Source of the DNA: Octopus bimaculoides | Lineage: Eukaryota | NCBI RefSeq assembly: GCF_001194135.2 | Contig: NC_068992.1 | Location: 2,998,597 to 3,062,596 of the forward strand | DNA length: 64,000 nucleotides | Direction: 5' to 3' | The notes under the pieces: model-generated | What the model was told of the DNA's origin: nothing | The model's database searches: none | What the model saw: only the letters and a program-made list of their open reading frames with translations | In this document: positions 25,745-38,400 of the stretch, in pieces | Numbering within the stretch: position 1 is the first letter of the stretch | How the letters are laid out: every line of letters starts with the position of its first letter | Program-made: the position numbers and the translations under genes

Positions 25745-25933
25745 TATATGTAGGTTTAGTAAGATTTCGTCCATTTTTACTTTCTGAGCTCAAATTCCAC
25801 CAAGGCCAACTTTGCTGCCTTTTATTCTTTCAGGCTCAATAGAACAAGTACGAGCTGTACACTGGGGTTGATGTAATTGATTTACTCTCTCCCTTGAACT
25901 GGCTGGCCTTGTGCAAAAATTTGAAACCAAAAT

Positions 25934-25982
<49 letters not shown>

Positions 25983-26329
25983 TTTGGTGATGCAAACAGG
26001 AAAAATAGAAATCAAAACATTAGTATATATATTTTTATTAATATTTAGCAGAAGCTACACATGAAATTCTTGGACCTTGATTCACTTTGTTGCTTCTGCT
26101 AAATATTAATAAAAATAACATATATATATATATAAATATAGATGAGTTGATTGAACCAAACCCATTAATTGACTACTTTTATCATTTCTTGTGGGGTGAA
26201 CGGCCAAATCAATTTGAACTCAGAAGAGCAAGTTTAAATGATGCAAGTCTAGTGATCCACTATTTTCACCAGTCTGCTTTCTCCAGGCGATGTCTTATTA
26301 ACAACATCCAAATTGCTCTTTAAACAGAA

Positions 26330-26800
26330 GAGTAATCAACTCCCATAAGAGTATAATAGAGTCTTGTCCACAACCATTAGATACTCCTGTCAGCATCTAA
26401 ATGCCAAAACTAAAAAGAAATTCATTGAAGACAAGAAAAATCTAGAGAGGAAGAGGCCTATAAGCATCTTTCCTACTGGATCTCCCTATAATCTCAATCA
26501 TTTGTGAACTGCTCTGTCTGTGTGTCATCAAAATGTTGTATCTATTTTCTACTTGATAAATCTCTCACTTTTTCTTTGCACAGTCTCCAGCTGTCGTTCA
26601 ACATTTTCGGTCAGTGTACAGGTCTCCTATCCACAACTCGTTGCTGGCATCATGCACTGGTTGATCATCTTTTTATCAAGGTAGTTAGACACTGTTGATC
26701 TTCCTACTTTGACTTTTCTATTTCTTTTAAATATGTACTCTTTAGCGTAAAACCAATTCTTCTTCTTCTTGGCTTCTACAGCGGCCAAATATATTTATCT
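26330..26800 (-). mobile_element. Highly decayed LINE RT fragment (probably RTE)
   Basis: - strand CG*ETCTLTENVERQLETVQRKSER resembles YG.ETWTL....ERKL...QR.MER. Confidence 0.4.
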
Positions 26801-27363
26801 TTCAAGTTCACACAGTAAATACTGACTTTCTATCATGTTTTTATTCCTCTCAGATCAACGACCCTATCATTATAGAGAATAGCTTGAAGTGTTATTTGTT
26901 TATTTCTTTTACTTGCCTTCATTTCAAATGTAGCAACAATTTTATTTGTGCAAAGTTGCAACCTTTGAAAGAGACTTCCTAATAATGGCAATACTAGTGA
27001 TTGCCGCAGATACAAATATTTCATAACGACGGAAACGTTTGTAATTGTAGCAGCCAGAAATATTTCAAAACCACGTCAAGTTTAGTGTCTTTACCCAGAA
27101 TCGTTATAAATCTGAAGTGTTTATTAAAGAAAAGTTTTGGGGAAAAGATAACAGATTTAAAATAGGTTACTATGGTAATGGATGCAATATATCTTGTTGC
27201 CTAGACAGCATTTGTATCATTTGTGAGGACAGGTTTTCAACAATTTGCTCAAACGTTCAGAGAGTAAAATAACATGGCCAGTTCCAGAGATGAACTGTCA
27301 ACTAAGATTAAATTTTACAATTCTAAAACTCTACATGTTTAACAAATATCATGTATACATATG

Positions 27364-27871
27364 TAAATTATTTACATTATTTACATTTGACGGATATTTG
27401 TCCTCATCTTGTTTGTTGTTAACACGTTTTGGCTGATATACCCTCCAGCCTTCATCAGGTGTCTTGGGGAAATTTCGAACCTGGGTTCTCATTCCTAAGG
27501 TATTTTTCGATGATATTATCATTATTATTATTCAGGTCACTGTCTGAAATTGAATACGGAATCTTGGGGTTAGTAGCCCGTGCTCTTAACCATTATGCCA
27601 TATGCCCGTAGTGATTAAGAGTGCGGGCTACTAACCCCAAGATTCTGAGTTCGATTTCAGGCAGTGACCTGAATAATAATAATAATACTAATAATAATAA
27701 CAGGGGAAAATACCTTAGGAATGAGAACCCAGGTTTGAAATTTCCCCAAGACACCTGATGAAGGCTGGAGGGTATATCAGCCGAAACGTTGGGTTAACAA
27801 CAAACAAGATGAGGACAAATATCCATCAAATGTAAATAATGTACATAATTCCTCATCTCTTAAATATAGAA
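27364..27871. mobile_element. Head-to-head inverted pair of tRNA-head/hammerhead SINEs (pair 2, best preserved)
   Basis: - arm to 27607 includes the apparent 5' end gggcatatggcataatgg; + arm starts at 27608; exact 13-bp repeat atgtatacatatg at 27351-27363 and 27872-27884. Confidence 0.9.
27750..27795 (+). ncRNA. Minimal type I hammerhead ribozyme with intact core
   Basis: gacac CTGATGA a GGCTG-gagggtatat-CAGCC GAAA CG TT gggtt: CUGANGA and GAAA core, 5-bp stem II, palindromic AACGUU stem III, GUU cleavage triplet, stem I with one mismatch. Confidence 0.75.
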
Positions 27872-29439
27872 ATGTATACATATGCATGTCAGTTTTGTAG
27901 ATACAAACAATTTTGTATGAAACTGTTCCGTCAACATTTTCCAAAGGCACTCATATTACTGAATACGTAACTGTAAATTCTGACGTGCTGCATGTATTGT
28001 TTGTGTATTAGATTGGAAATGTGAGCTATGTGAACACGTGTGTATATGTGTGTGTGTGTGTATTATATTAAATGATGATGATATTTATGTACACACCAAC
28101 CCAAGCAAGCAGGCAACCAACTCAAACACCACACACATATATTTGTTTGCATGTGTGCACACACACACATGCACACATGTGTGTATGTGTGTGTGTGTGT
28201 TCGCGCGCATGTAAATGTATATAAATCCAATCATCATCATTTGACATCGATTTTCCCATACTGGGATGGGTTGAGTGGTTTAACAGGACCCAGTCAACCT
28301 GGGGGCTGCATTAGCCTTCAATATCTGCTTTGGCAGCATTTCTATGATTAGATGTCCTCCCTAGTGCCAACCACTTGGAAATTTACTGGGTCCTTTTTTT
28401 TCATGACATCAGCCAGTACCAGTGAGGTCACCAAGTAACTCGCAAGACAAGAGCACTTAATAGAGTGAAGATGCAGAATTGAGGGAGGTGGTTTCATGTT
28501 AGATGTAGAGAGGCTGAAATATGAAAGAGTGACGGGGACAAGTGTCTTTGTTGTAGGGGAGATACATAGTTACCCCCTGCAGGAAGGAGAAAGGATGGTG
28601 GTAATGAGGAATCAGGGCCTACCTGCAAGGTACAAGAAGTTGGACAGAGAAAGAATAGGGACTGAGAATCTTGCATGGCTGAGTGGGTAGGCAGGGGTGA
28701 CAAGGATGAGGATTGAAGTGAAAGCCATGGATAGTGGATAATGATGGTGGCATGAACAATGGTAAGTCTCAGTTCAGAGAATAGAAGGAAAATAGGATTT
28801 GGTCAGGGAGGGAGAGGTGATAGGTGGTAATTTTTAAAAAAAAGGGTTGAGGGTGGAGAACAACTGTGTAATAAAAACCTGTAGATAGATGAGAAATTGG
28901 GAGATGAAGTGAGGTGGCTAGGGAGAGAGAGAGAGAGAGACAAAAGATGCACAACGACAGAGACAGGGGTCAGAAGTATATAGGGGTGGATATAGTGAGT
29001 TACTAAAAGGGGACATCAATCACAGTTATAAGAAGGTGTTCAGGAGAAAGGGGCAGCCGGAAAATAAGGTAGCATGGGATGATATTGGGAGAGTAAGGTA
29101 TCATACCTACATTCAAACAGTCTGGAGTGCATTCTGTGTTAACATAAATTACTGCAATAGGTTATTTTTAGATAACCACAACCATTTATTTGTGTAATAC
29201 CATTTTACACCAGACGTGTTATAACATTTTTGTCAAAGTGGAAAGAGAAGAGAGATTGCTCGGAGCACAAAAAATGAAGAGCATGAACATGTACATTTCT
29301 GATCTGATATAATTCTGTTAGAAGTGTGAGGGAAGTATGGCTGTTACAAAGATGAATTACTGGGAAGGCTTGACAAGTACAGATTGACTATGAGGCCCAC
29401 AGACATAAATGACACGTTTTCATGACCTTGTTTTTGTTG

Positions 29440-30010
29440 AGATAGATGGGTCTTCTTGGACCACAGTGAATCACTATTCATCCCGGCCCTTTGCCAAATA
29501 GATTGTGAGGTTCAACAATCACAGATTGGTCTTCACTATTTCATTCCGTGTCTTCCTAGGTCTCCTACTTTTAGCAATTGGCACTTCTTTATGCAACTGC
29601 CCTCCTTCACATGCATCAAATTCTCAAACCTGCAGTCTTCTCTCTTGCACACTACATTCAATGCCTCACCCAATTCTTCTCTCAACACATTTGCATTGTC
29701 TTCTACAAGCACACTGATGTTTCCATATCCACTAGAGCATGATAGCTTCATTTATTTTCTAGTCTTTGCCTGTCCTTTGCATTCACAACCATATAGTGGT
29801 GCTGCTTATTCATGAGTACCATACTATCTCCCTTTCACCATGAAAAAGAAGTCTTTTGTTGCTAACTAAGGCAACAGCTGTCTTAACGTGGCTTGTATTC
29901 TAGCGACTATCCTTTCAGAACATCCTCCTCCAATGATAATTAGGCTCACCCATGTGACAGAAATCGTTTACTACCTTTCCAAAGCCTTCTGGCCCATGTG
30001 GGAAATAATG
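29440..30010 (-). mobile_element. Decayed RTE LINE 3' fragment
   Basis: ORF 29536-29751 ...ANVLREELG...HVKEGSCIKKCQLLKVG..LGRHGMK parallels the RTE peptide at 19185-19523. Confidence 0.75.
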
Positions 30011-30481
30011 TCTCCCACATTTTCTAAGTGTTTACTGCTTCTTCATATTCTCCCCAAAAAATCTACTTTCTCTTTTAATCGTCCTTTGATCCCCCTGCAT
30101 GTTTTGTGTGTCCATACTTTGCACTGCATACATTTCCATATATCAATCAACCGGTCCATTTTCCTGGAATGATAAGTAAACAAACAAAGCTCCTACGTTG
30201 AGTATGTGTGTTTGCAACACTCATGCTGCTTCTAATTCATATTTAAATTTATTCCCATGTATGTATCACCTGGGCATACCAGCAGATGGTTTTTATACCA
30301 TTTTCCATATAGTCATGGACAGGATATTCAATTTGTCTCTGGTTTGGTTCAGGTACATGGTGTTGATAAGCCACAAAAAAGGTGAAACATCGATGCCCAT
30401 CGCTCCTGAATAGGACTTGGGGTGAGTTGTATTACGTTCCTATGACTGTGGTGTTCTCACACCTGGTGCACCGAGTCAAAT

Positions 30482-30650
30482 TGAAAAATACCTTAGGAAC
30501 TAGAACCCAGGTTCGAAATTTCCCAAGACACCTGATGAAGGCTGTAAGGTATATCAGCCAAAACGTTGTGTTAACAACAAACAAGATGAGGACAAATATC
30601 CATCAAATGTAAATAATGTAAATAATTCCTCATCTCTTAAATATAGAACA
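30482..30650 (+). mobile_element. Solo 5'-truncated copy of the hammerhead SINE (no tRNA head)
   Basis: gaaaaataccttaggaac...gacacctgatgaaggctg...cagccaaaacgttgtgtt...atatagaac; GAAA changed to AAAA. Confidence 0.85.
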
Positions 30651-31774
30651 GTAGTTGATTCATTTGACAAAAAGTTCTTCAAGGCAGTGCCCCAGCATGG
30701 CCACTGTCTTAATGACTGAAACAAATAAAAGATGCATTGAAATAGATAAAGAATAATGGAGTTGTTACTGGGAATTGATTTCGGTTTCTAGTTCTTCAAC
30801 AATGCTGCTACTGATCTTCCACTAAACAAAGAATTTATACTAATTTTCTTAACATGATGCTATAATATGTCTCAAATAAAATTGGTTGCTTCATTGCAGC
30901 AATGATACCAATAGGTAAATTAATGGAATGCGAAATTTCAATTGTAGTCGTTATTGATGAGGATTTTACCAATTTATCATAGAATGTAAAGAGGTCATTA
31001 CGTAGCAAGATAAAGAAATTATTGTAAGATTACTTTGAGGTAAATTAAGGAAAGAAAATATCATGTAAAGAAAATTGTTTGCTGAACTTTTAGAATTGGC
31101 TGATAAGCAGTTTATTATGGTGACTCACTAAGTTTACTAAATATACCAACAAGAATACATAAGAAATTTTTAATAATTGTATTTTCATAGAGAGTGGTGT
31201 TTCATAATGTTGGTGCTACTTCCACCCTGGGGAACAGCAAAAGATTCCCATATCAGTACTGGGAACAAAGTGGAAGGGAAATAGATACATCTGTACATCT
31301 TTTTTTTTTACATTGTACAGATGCATCTCTCACTTTTAAATATTAACTTTTAAAAATAGATTTAAATATATTATGATAAACTGGTCATTAGCCATACGCA
31401 TGTCAATGGTAATAACAAACTGCAAAATGTGAATAAATAAACAAAAGTTGGGTATTTTCAAACATGCAATAAAAATTATCAGTGCACTTGTAACATTAGG
31501 TAACATCCTTGTGTGCATTTATATATAGACATATGAACTTGTGGTGTATTCAATTTTGCTGAATCCTAGGAAGGGAACACTGAAAGAATGTAAAAAGAAA
31601 GACAGCAATAATGATTGTGTGAGAAACACTGATATAAAAATTATAACAATGGTAGTTTTTTATGATATAATATCAGTGATATAAGAATTACAACAATGGT
31701 AATATTTATGATATAAAAACAAGGATTAGAGCAATGAAGTAAAATAATAATAATCTTTCCTTTATTTTCTTCAG

Positions 31775-31842
31775 GGTTTGAAGAGATACAAAGAATACAA
31801 AACTTTCACTTGGGATTACAAACAAAGCGAATATAATGTTGG
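31775..31842 (+). CDS. Candidate exon (GLKRYKEYKTFTWDYKQSEYNV)
   Basis: Very strong acceptor tctttcctttattttcttcag|; donor gtgtga is moderate. Confidence 0.4.
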
Positions 31843-33626
31843 GTGTGAAAAAAAATCATTTTGAAGTATAAAAGAAGTGGGCGTGAATCATTTGATACAT
31901 TATATAGAAGGATACACATGTATGCATATACATGGACATGTATAGGTACAACATATTTGTATTTAAACATACAGAACACTGTCCCCTTAACCTTTTTGAA
32001 ACTGTGCTCAAATGCAGTCAAATGCACCAGTGAACATTTTCTTTTTTTTTTTTTTTTGAGACTTACAGTTGTAAAACACCAACATCTTGAGTGTAAGTTT
32101 TGTGTAATGTCTTTAAGTTTACTGGCAATCTGCTTGTTGTTTACATCCTGAACTTAACTGTTTTTGTGTTGTAAATCTTTTGGAAAGTCTGTTGCATCTG
32201 AGATATGTAATTTTGTTTATTAATTATTTGATTTTTAAAGAATGGTGGAGCTTAGTTCATCTTTGGTCTTTTCATTTCTTTTGTTATTTTCTTGAGGAAG
32301 GATTTTGGAGATTATTCTCTCTTTTCTTTTCTATTTTCACCTATCTTTTGTAAGTATTTATCTGAAATTATTGCCATGATGAAGGATTGTTTTATAGGTT
32401 TATACTGTTAGAAGACAAGGTCATCTATTTGAAATACTAGCCACAAAGATATTTTGTATGCCATCCACAAATGTAACAACTAGGCTTTCTACCCTGTATC
32501 AGCTATCACATGCTTTTGGTATTGCTATCTTCCAGTAGGTAGAGTTATTGTGTGGTTTTGTGATTTTCAGACTTGCTTTCGATGCTTTTAAGGTACAACA
32601 GATAGTACCATAACATTTTGCTTTTTACATTTGAGAGAATTTCTGATAAGTCTTGGACAACCTGTTGTATTACTTGATGTGAGAGAAATTTTAATTCTTT
32701 CCCACTTTTACATAAGCGGAGCTGCATAATTGTTCTCTATGCCTTCTCCTAGACAATCTCATGTGGTGAAGAAATGCTGTTGGTATATTTGGGGATGGTC
32801 ATTTCACCAATGAATGCTGTTGGATTTTATGAAATTCTTCCACTGACATTTCTCTTGTAACCATGATAGATCTAAAAATTCTGTTTGTTCATTTTGTGTT
32901 GAAGGAAGGTTTGCCTTCACACCACTACTCTCTGAATGGACTTCAATATTTGAAATCATACAAGAGTTACTACTACTGCTGTTGTTGTTTTTGTTGTCAT
33001 TACTGTTACTGTTTGCAAGGGAACTTATTTGAGTATTTCAGATATATTCTTTTTTCGTTGTTCACTAAAATGTTCATTGCTTTCTTCCTCATGTAGATTT
33101 AGTTGAGCATTTTGACTTTGTGTTGTTTTTGTTTTCTTGCCATTGTAGTGTTTAGTTCTGTAGAATAATTATAAGTGGTAGCTAATTTCACATGTAAAAA
33201 TGTGAAGTTTGTCAAGCAAACGATTTTCCCTTTTTTTTTTTTTTATGCTATTGTTGTTGTCTGCGATGCACTTCTTTAGGCAAATATAACTCTTTTACAG
33301 TTACTGCAATGGATAATTTGTCTTTAAGCCATCGTATCTCCATTATTTTAAAGAATCAGTAGGTATAATTAAGCTTTCTTAAATAACATAAATGAGTGGA
33401 ACCTAATACTGAAAACTGCATCAAAATTGATTCAGCAGAAAAATATTTATGGGTGACAAACAGTCAAATTTGAGGATTATTACTGGGGCATTAAACTGTA
33501 GTTATATTGTTATATTTGCATGTGCATCTCTCTATATGTATGTACACACACACACTCATAACTATGTTTGTGTGTTTTGTTTATGCTTGTATTCACTCCT
33601 GTATACATACGTATGTATGTGTGTGC

Positions 33627-33666
<40 letters not shown>

Positions 33667-34569
33667 AGCTGTAATATTCGAGTAAACAAGTGACAGTCTG
33701 TATCAGCAATTAGTGAGTATAAACAGATGGAAAAAATTGAGACAAACCTGTCTAATACTTCATGGTTTTTCTTTTTTTTTTCCAAAAATTTCTGTGGAAT
33801 TGTATGCATTCAACACTGAAGATTGCATTTAAGCTCCAAAAACAGTTTTTCAAAGTTTCAAGTACCCACCTCTCCAAATTTAGAATTTTCCACTTTTTTC
33901 TAAACACATGATAATTTCACTGGAAAAATTCAGTTTACAATTCTGCTGAAAAATTAGTTTCAAAATTTTGATTTTGCAGAATAGTTGATTTAAAACATTA
34001 AAATTTTGTCAAAAAAAATTATTTTTCAGAGATTTTACTGTCATTTTAAGCATGTCAAGTGATCATATTGGGAAAACATGTTTTCAGTCAAATACTCAGA
34101 GCATAAGAAGATGGTCAATACAGACAGACATGACCATGTCCTTACAGAAATTATCAAATGGATGGACCTGCAGAGAATTAAGACCAACAAACAGCATCCA
34201 TCACCACCTATGGGTATCAGATTCCTTAGGGTTAAGCAATCCACTGCCCTGGTCTCACAGTTTTTTCTTTCAACTCCAAAAAAGGTGAAAGTCAAAGTTG
34301 GCATTGGTGAGATTTGAAATCAAGACCCCTGAGAGTTGGAAGAAATCCTGCCAGGCATTCTGTCCATCAACCTAAAGTGTAGTGTTTCCCCCCACCCCCA
34401 CCCACTAAGTATTTCACTTCTGTTTGATGAAAAGTCATGTTATTTGCGTTTGTCTATAACATTTTTATTTCTCTATTGTTCTGCCATCATGTTTATCATT
34501 TTCATGATTAGCATACCAACATAGGTTTCTTATCTTTATTATCTTGCCAGTTTTCCTTCATTCCCTTAG

Positions 34570-34627
34570 GTATACTGTGGGTGGTTTCACCTATATAAAT
34601 TATGGCTGCCTCCAAGCATTTCCTCTG
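34570..34627 (+). CDS. Candidate 58-nt exon; frame unresolved (YTVGGFTYINYGCLQAFPL or VYCGWFHLYKLWLPPSISS)
   Basis: ttttccttcattcccttag| ... |gtatgt; two frames open. Confidence 0.45.
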
Positions 34628-34999
34628 GTATGTTACATGTTGATGGTATCTGAAGGGTTATATATTGCGAGGGTCATCTTATTATGTACATTTCTTTTAT
34701 TGCAAGGCTGGTACAAGAAGGAGATTGTATATCATTACTTTTACATAAGTGTGCTATTAAATCATTTTTATGTTTTCAGATACAGCAGAGATTTTGTGGA
34801 TTAAGTATTTTTTGACTGCAAATTTTTCATGATGTGAATGGTGGAGATGTGTTCTGTTGTTTATTGTTTTAAACAGAATTTAGTATGAAAGACAGAAAGC
34901 TTATTATTGGACTGTTTGGATGGGTAGGTGATGGTCAACTTCATACTTTGCAAAAGGAATGTTTTCCTTGGTACTCTTGACAGTTTCATTATTATCATT

Positions 35000-35490
35000 A
35001 TGTCATCTGCATATTGGTTGTGCATCTATAGGTTTCTCTTCTAAGCCTTGTCTCTTTGTAATGGCATTCACCTGGGAGGGTTTGAGCTGGTTCCTATTGG
35101 GTTCACTGCATCATGGGTCAAAGCAGTCCATGCATGTCTGTCAGCAGCCAATTCTGCAGCATGTTGAAGCCATTCCCGGTTCCAATGCCCAACGCCAAAG
35201 ACTGAAAGCAAGCTCCATATCTACTTTGACTGTTGTGAGCCTTGTCTTCAGTTTACTGCCTCTCCAATTACGCCAACCCAGGAGAGGATCTAATGCTACT
35301 GCCTTCCGAATGAGTTAATAATGAGGGGAGCATTGCAATGCATGACCAAATCACCATAGTCTCTTCATCAGAAGAGTTCCCTCAACAGGTGAGAGACCAC
35401 AGCAAACATCAAGTTGTCTTGTATCCCACCAAATCATGAAGGAGTTGGTAATATCTCCAGCATATCTGATGCTGATGGCTGCACCTTTTC
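35000..35490 (-). mobile_element. Decayed RTE-like LINE C-terminus
   Basis: - strand KRLW*FGHAL...DPLLGWRNWRG..LKTRLTTVKVDME... and, frameshifted, REWLQHAAELAADRHAWTALTHDAVN. Confidence 0.6.
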
Positions 35491-38400
35491 TCTAGGGTGG
35501 ACAGTTTGCTTTTAAATCTAAATATATGGCTTTTCAGTTTGGTTTTTATACTTTTTATACAGTATGTGCAATCCTCTTTCTCAACTGGTTGTGGTTCTCT
35601 GGCATTTCTTTAACATGCACTTGTGCTTTTGGGCAATCTGGCTTTTTTGGAATCATCATTATTTCTAATACTTTAAAGACTGACCCACCAGCACTACCAT
35701 TCAGAGTAGAGATAGGGATTTTGGTTAATGCTGTGGTTAGCGATAAGGTTGTTGAAGCTTATTCCTAGGTGGCAATATAAAGCTGTTGTGTGTTTGTCGC
35801 TGCTGCTGTTGTTGTTACTATTATAACTCTCATTGTTGCTTTTGTTTGTTGTTGTTATTCTTTTATATATACTAGCAAATCTACCCATCTACGATGGAGG
35901 CATAAAATGAGGGAGGGAAGTCATATCAGCAATATGTAAATGGACTTGATAGATTACTGGGTGATGTCTTAGAGAAATCACATTATCGTTAATGATACAG
36001 CATTCTAATGCAGCTATATGACAGGCATTTGCGACTAAGAGACATGTGATGATGATTTACTCCCGAACTGAAATAGGCTCCCTGCCTCTGTATCATGAAT
36101 AGTTATGTGGCCCACTCCTAAAGAAAGCCAGACTTTCCTTTGACCACTACATAAAAAGTATTTTTAGAGAATGTTATTTAGGTTTGCACTATTTTACGCT
36201 TGTTTATACTCTTATACATTCCAAGTTCACAAATTTCTTTATTTAAATTATGAATCATATTCCTTTTGATAATATCAATATGATTATAAAACTTCTTTGT
36301 AAACAATATTTTCTGGTTGGTATGATAGACATGGCTGGCAAAACTTACTCTATGTTGAGCAAACATAGAAGAGCTTGTTTTGCACTTAGTTAAGGGAAAT
36401 ATAGTATCATTTGATGCAGGAAGAAGTTAGATTTCAATTTTACTTGTTTTCCTGAACAAAAGATATCAATCCTTTTGTGTTTATGCATTTGAGTAAAGTG
36501 GTTCTATTATTTAATATGACTAAGACTTGTCTGATTTTCTGTCTTACTTTTTCACTATTGTCTTCAGCACAACCTTAAATGCTGCAAATTTTCTTCTGGT
36601 TAAGATGCTTCAATTAGTGCCTTAATAATTACTGGCTTATATAACAAAAACTGGGCTTTGGTGGCATCTGTAATAATATTAGGCAAATTTTTGGTAAAAT
36701 TCTGCTTGTGTCCATGTGTTTTTCTGTAAACAGTGTATTTGATAACACATTTTTGAACAGGAATTTAAGGCTACTCAATGGAGGTGTGTTGTAGAAGATT
36801 GTTGTATCTATGGTTGTGTTGTGTGTGGCAATTAGGCCATCAAATATATTAACATCGTCAGTTCCTTCAGTCCTCTGTTTGTTTTTATATGTGATGGTCA
36901 CTTTAATACTTGACAAATGCAATTTCTAAAGATTGCAATTTCCCTGCATGAGAAGTAAATCTGTACGGAAAGTGTAGTATAGCTTTCATATCTTGGTTAA
37001 TTCCCTGTCATGCACACACATACACTCACCACAAAAAAATGATGTTGTCAAGAAGTGAGACATTTCCAATATGGCTTGCCGAGAGTATACTTACTACACA
37101 TTTATGCCGTCTGCATTGAGTTAAAGCAAGCAAATATTTATTTCTATGTCATTAGGTTAGAAAAGTATTAATGGAGATTTTGTGTTGCATATATTCCAGG
37201 AGTCTGAGAATAGGTGATGTATCTGACAGTCTGATACATGGCTGAGTGGCTCAAAGAATTGTATGCCTTGAACTCAAAATCTTTTATTTATTAAGCTGAA
37301 CATTTTCATGCTAGAGTAATTTGGAGAAGTATGGAAGAATACTTGAAAATGCCCCATGAAAGCGTGGAAAGCTAAATTTTAAAATGAACCAATTCATATA
37401 AAATTAATTTTCTTTAATAGAATTACATTTGTGTGTTTCTGTTAAACTTGCAGACTAATGGTTCTGTGCCTTTGTTAGAAATATTAATAATAATAATAAC
37501 TAGGTTTCTTACTTCTACTTAGAGTAAAACCATAATATATACATGGTGTTAGGAAGGACATCATCAAAGTCACTTCAACCTGTTACAGTTTTGTCAGATG
37601 TTTGTGTGATATTATGATGATGCTCCAAGTAAAGACAATTCCCCTATAATCTATGCATAACCTGCTAAAGCCACTTCTCCAGTTAACCAAGCTTACCTTT
37701 CTAATTTACCAAACCATTTTAATCTACTAAGAACATAGTGAATTGTTAAGCTTAGTTGAAATGTAAGAGAAGCATAAGTATGGTACATCTTTTATATAGA
37801 CCAATTTTTTTGATATCATATACATATAGTTTAACATTTCAATAATGAAATACTAATGATAAAAAAAAAATTTTAACTTCAGTGTTTATTTTAGCAGAAC
37901 AGTAGTTCTAAAGAAATGATATATCTTAAATCCATTCAAACATTGGACGTCAAATAAAATATTCATTTCTACAAAAAGTAAAAGATTGCTGATAATTTTA
38001 AAATATTAAAAAATATATATTAATCACACACATACTTTTCCAATAAAAGTAATGGGTTTATCCTTATTCTTTGAATAAAACACTGAGGTAAAAGCTACAA
38101 ATATTTTCTCAGTGATTAAATTCTAAACGATTGAAATGGTGATTACATTGAACAATATTTGTTGTTTATTCTTCCATTTAATTCTCTCGTTTTGTTTGTT
38201 TAGTCTCAAGTTTATTTCGAATGAAATTTATAAGAAAAATACAATGTTTCTTTCACTTTGTTCCAAACTGTAAACATGAAAAGACAATAATATATTGCTT
38301 GGTTACATTTTAGACACAAAAGCACCATCATTTTGCTATTAATACATTTATTGAATGTCTGACATCCTAAATTAAGTCTTTGAAAGTTGTAATTTCAGTT

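Noticed and set aside
27540-27665. tRNA genes
   Set aside because: These are SINE heads without a complete acceptor stem; treated as tRNA-derived promoters.
32545-32727. Protein-like - strand ORF, and + strand ORFs at 34052-34317 and 63218-63500
   Set aside because: Short, frames ambiguous, no recognisable motif; within chance expectation.
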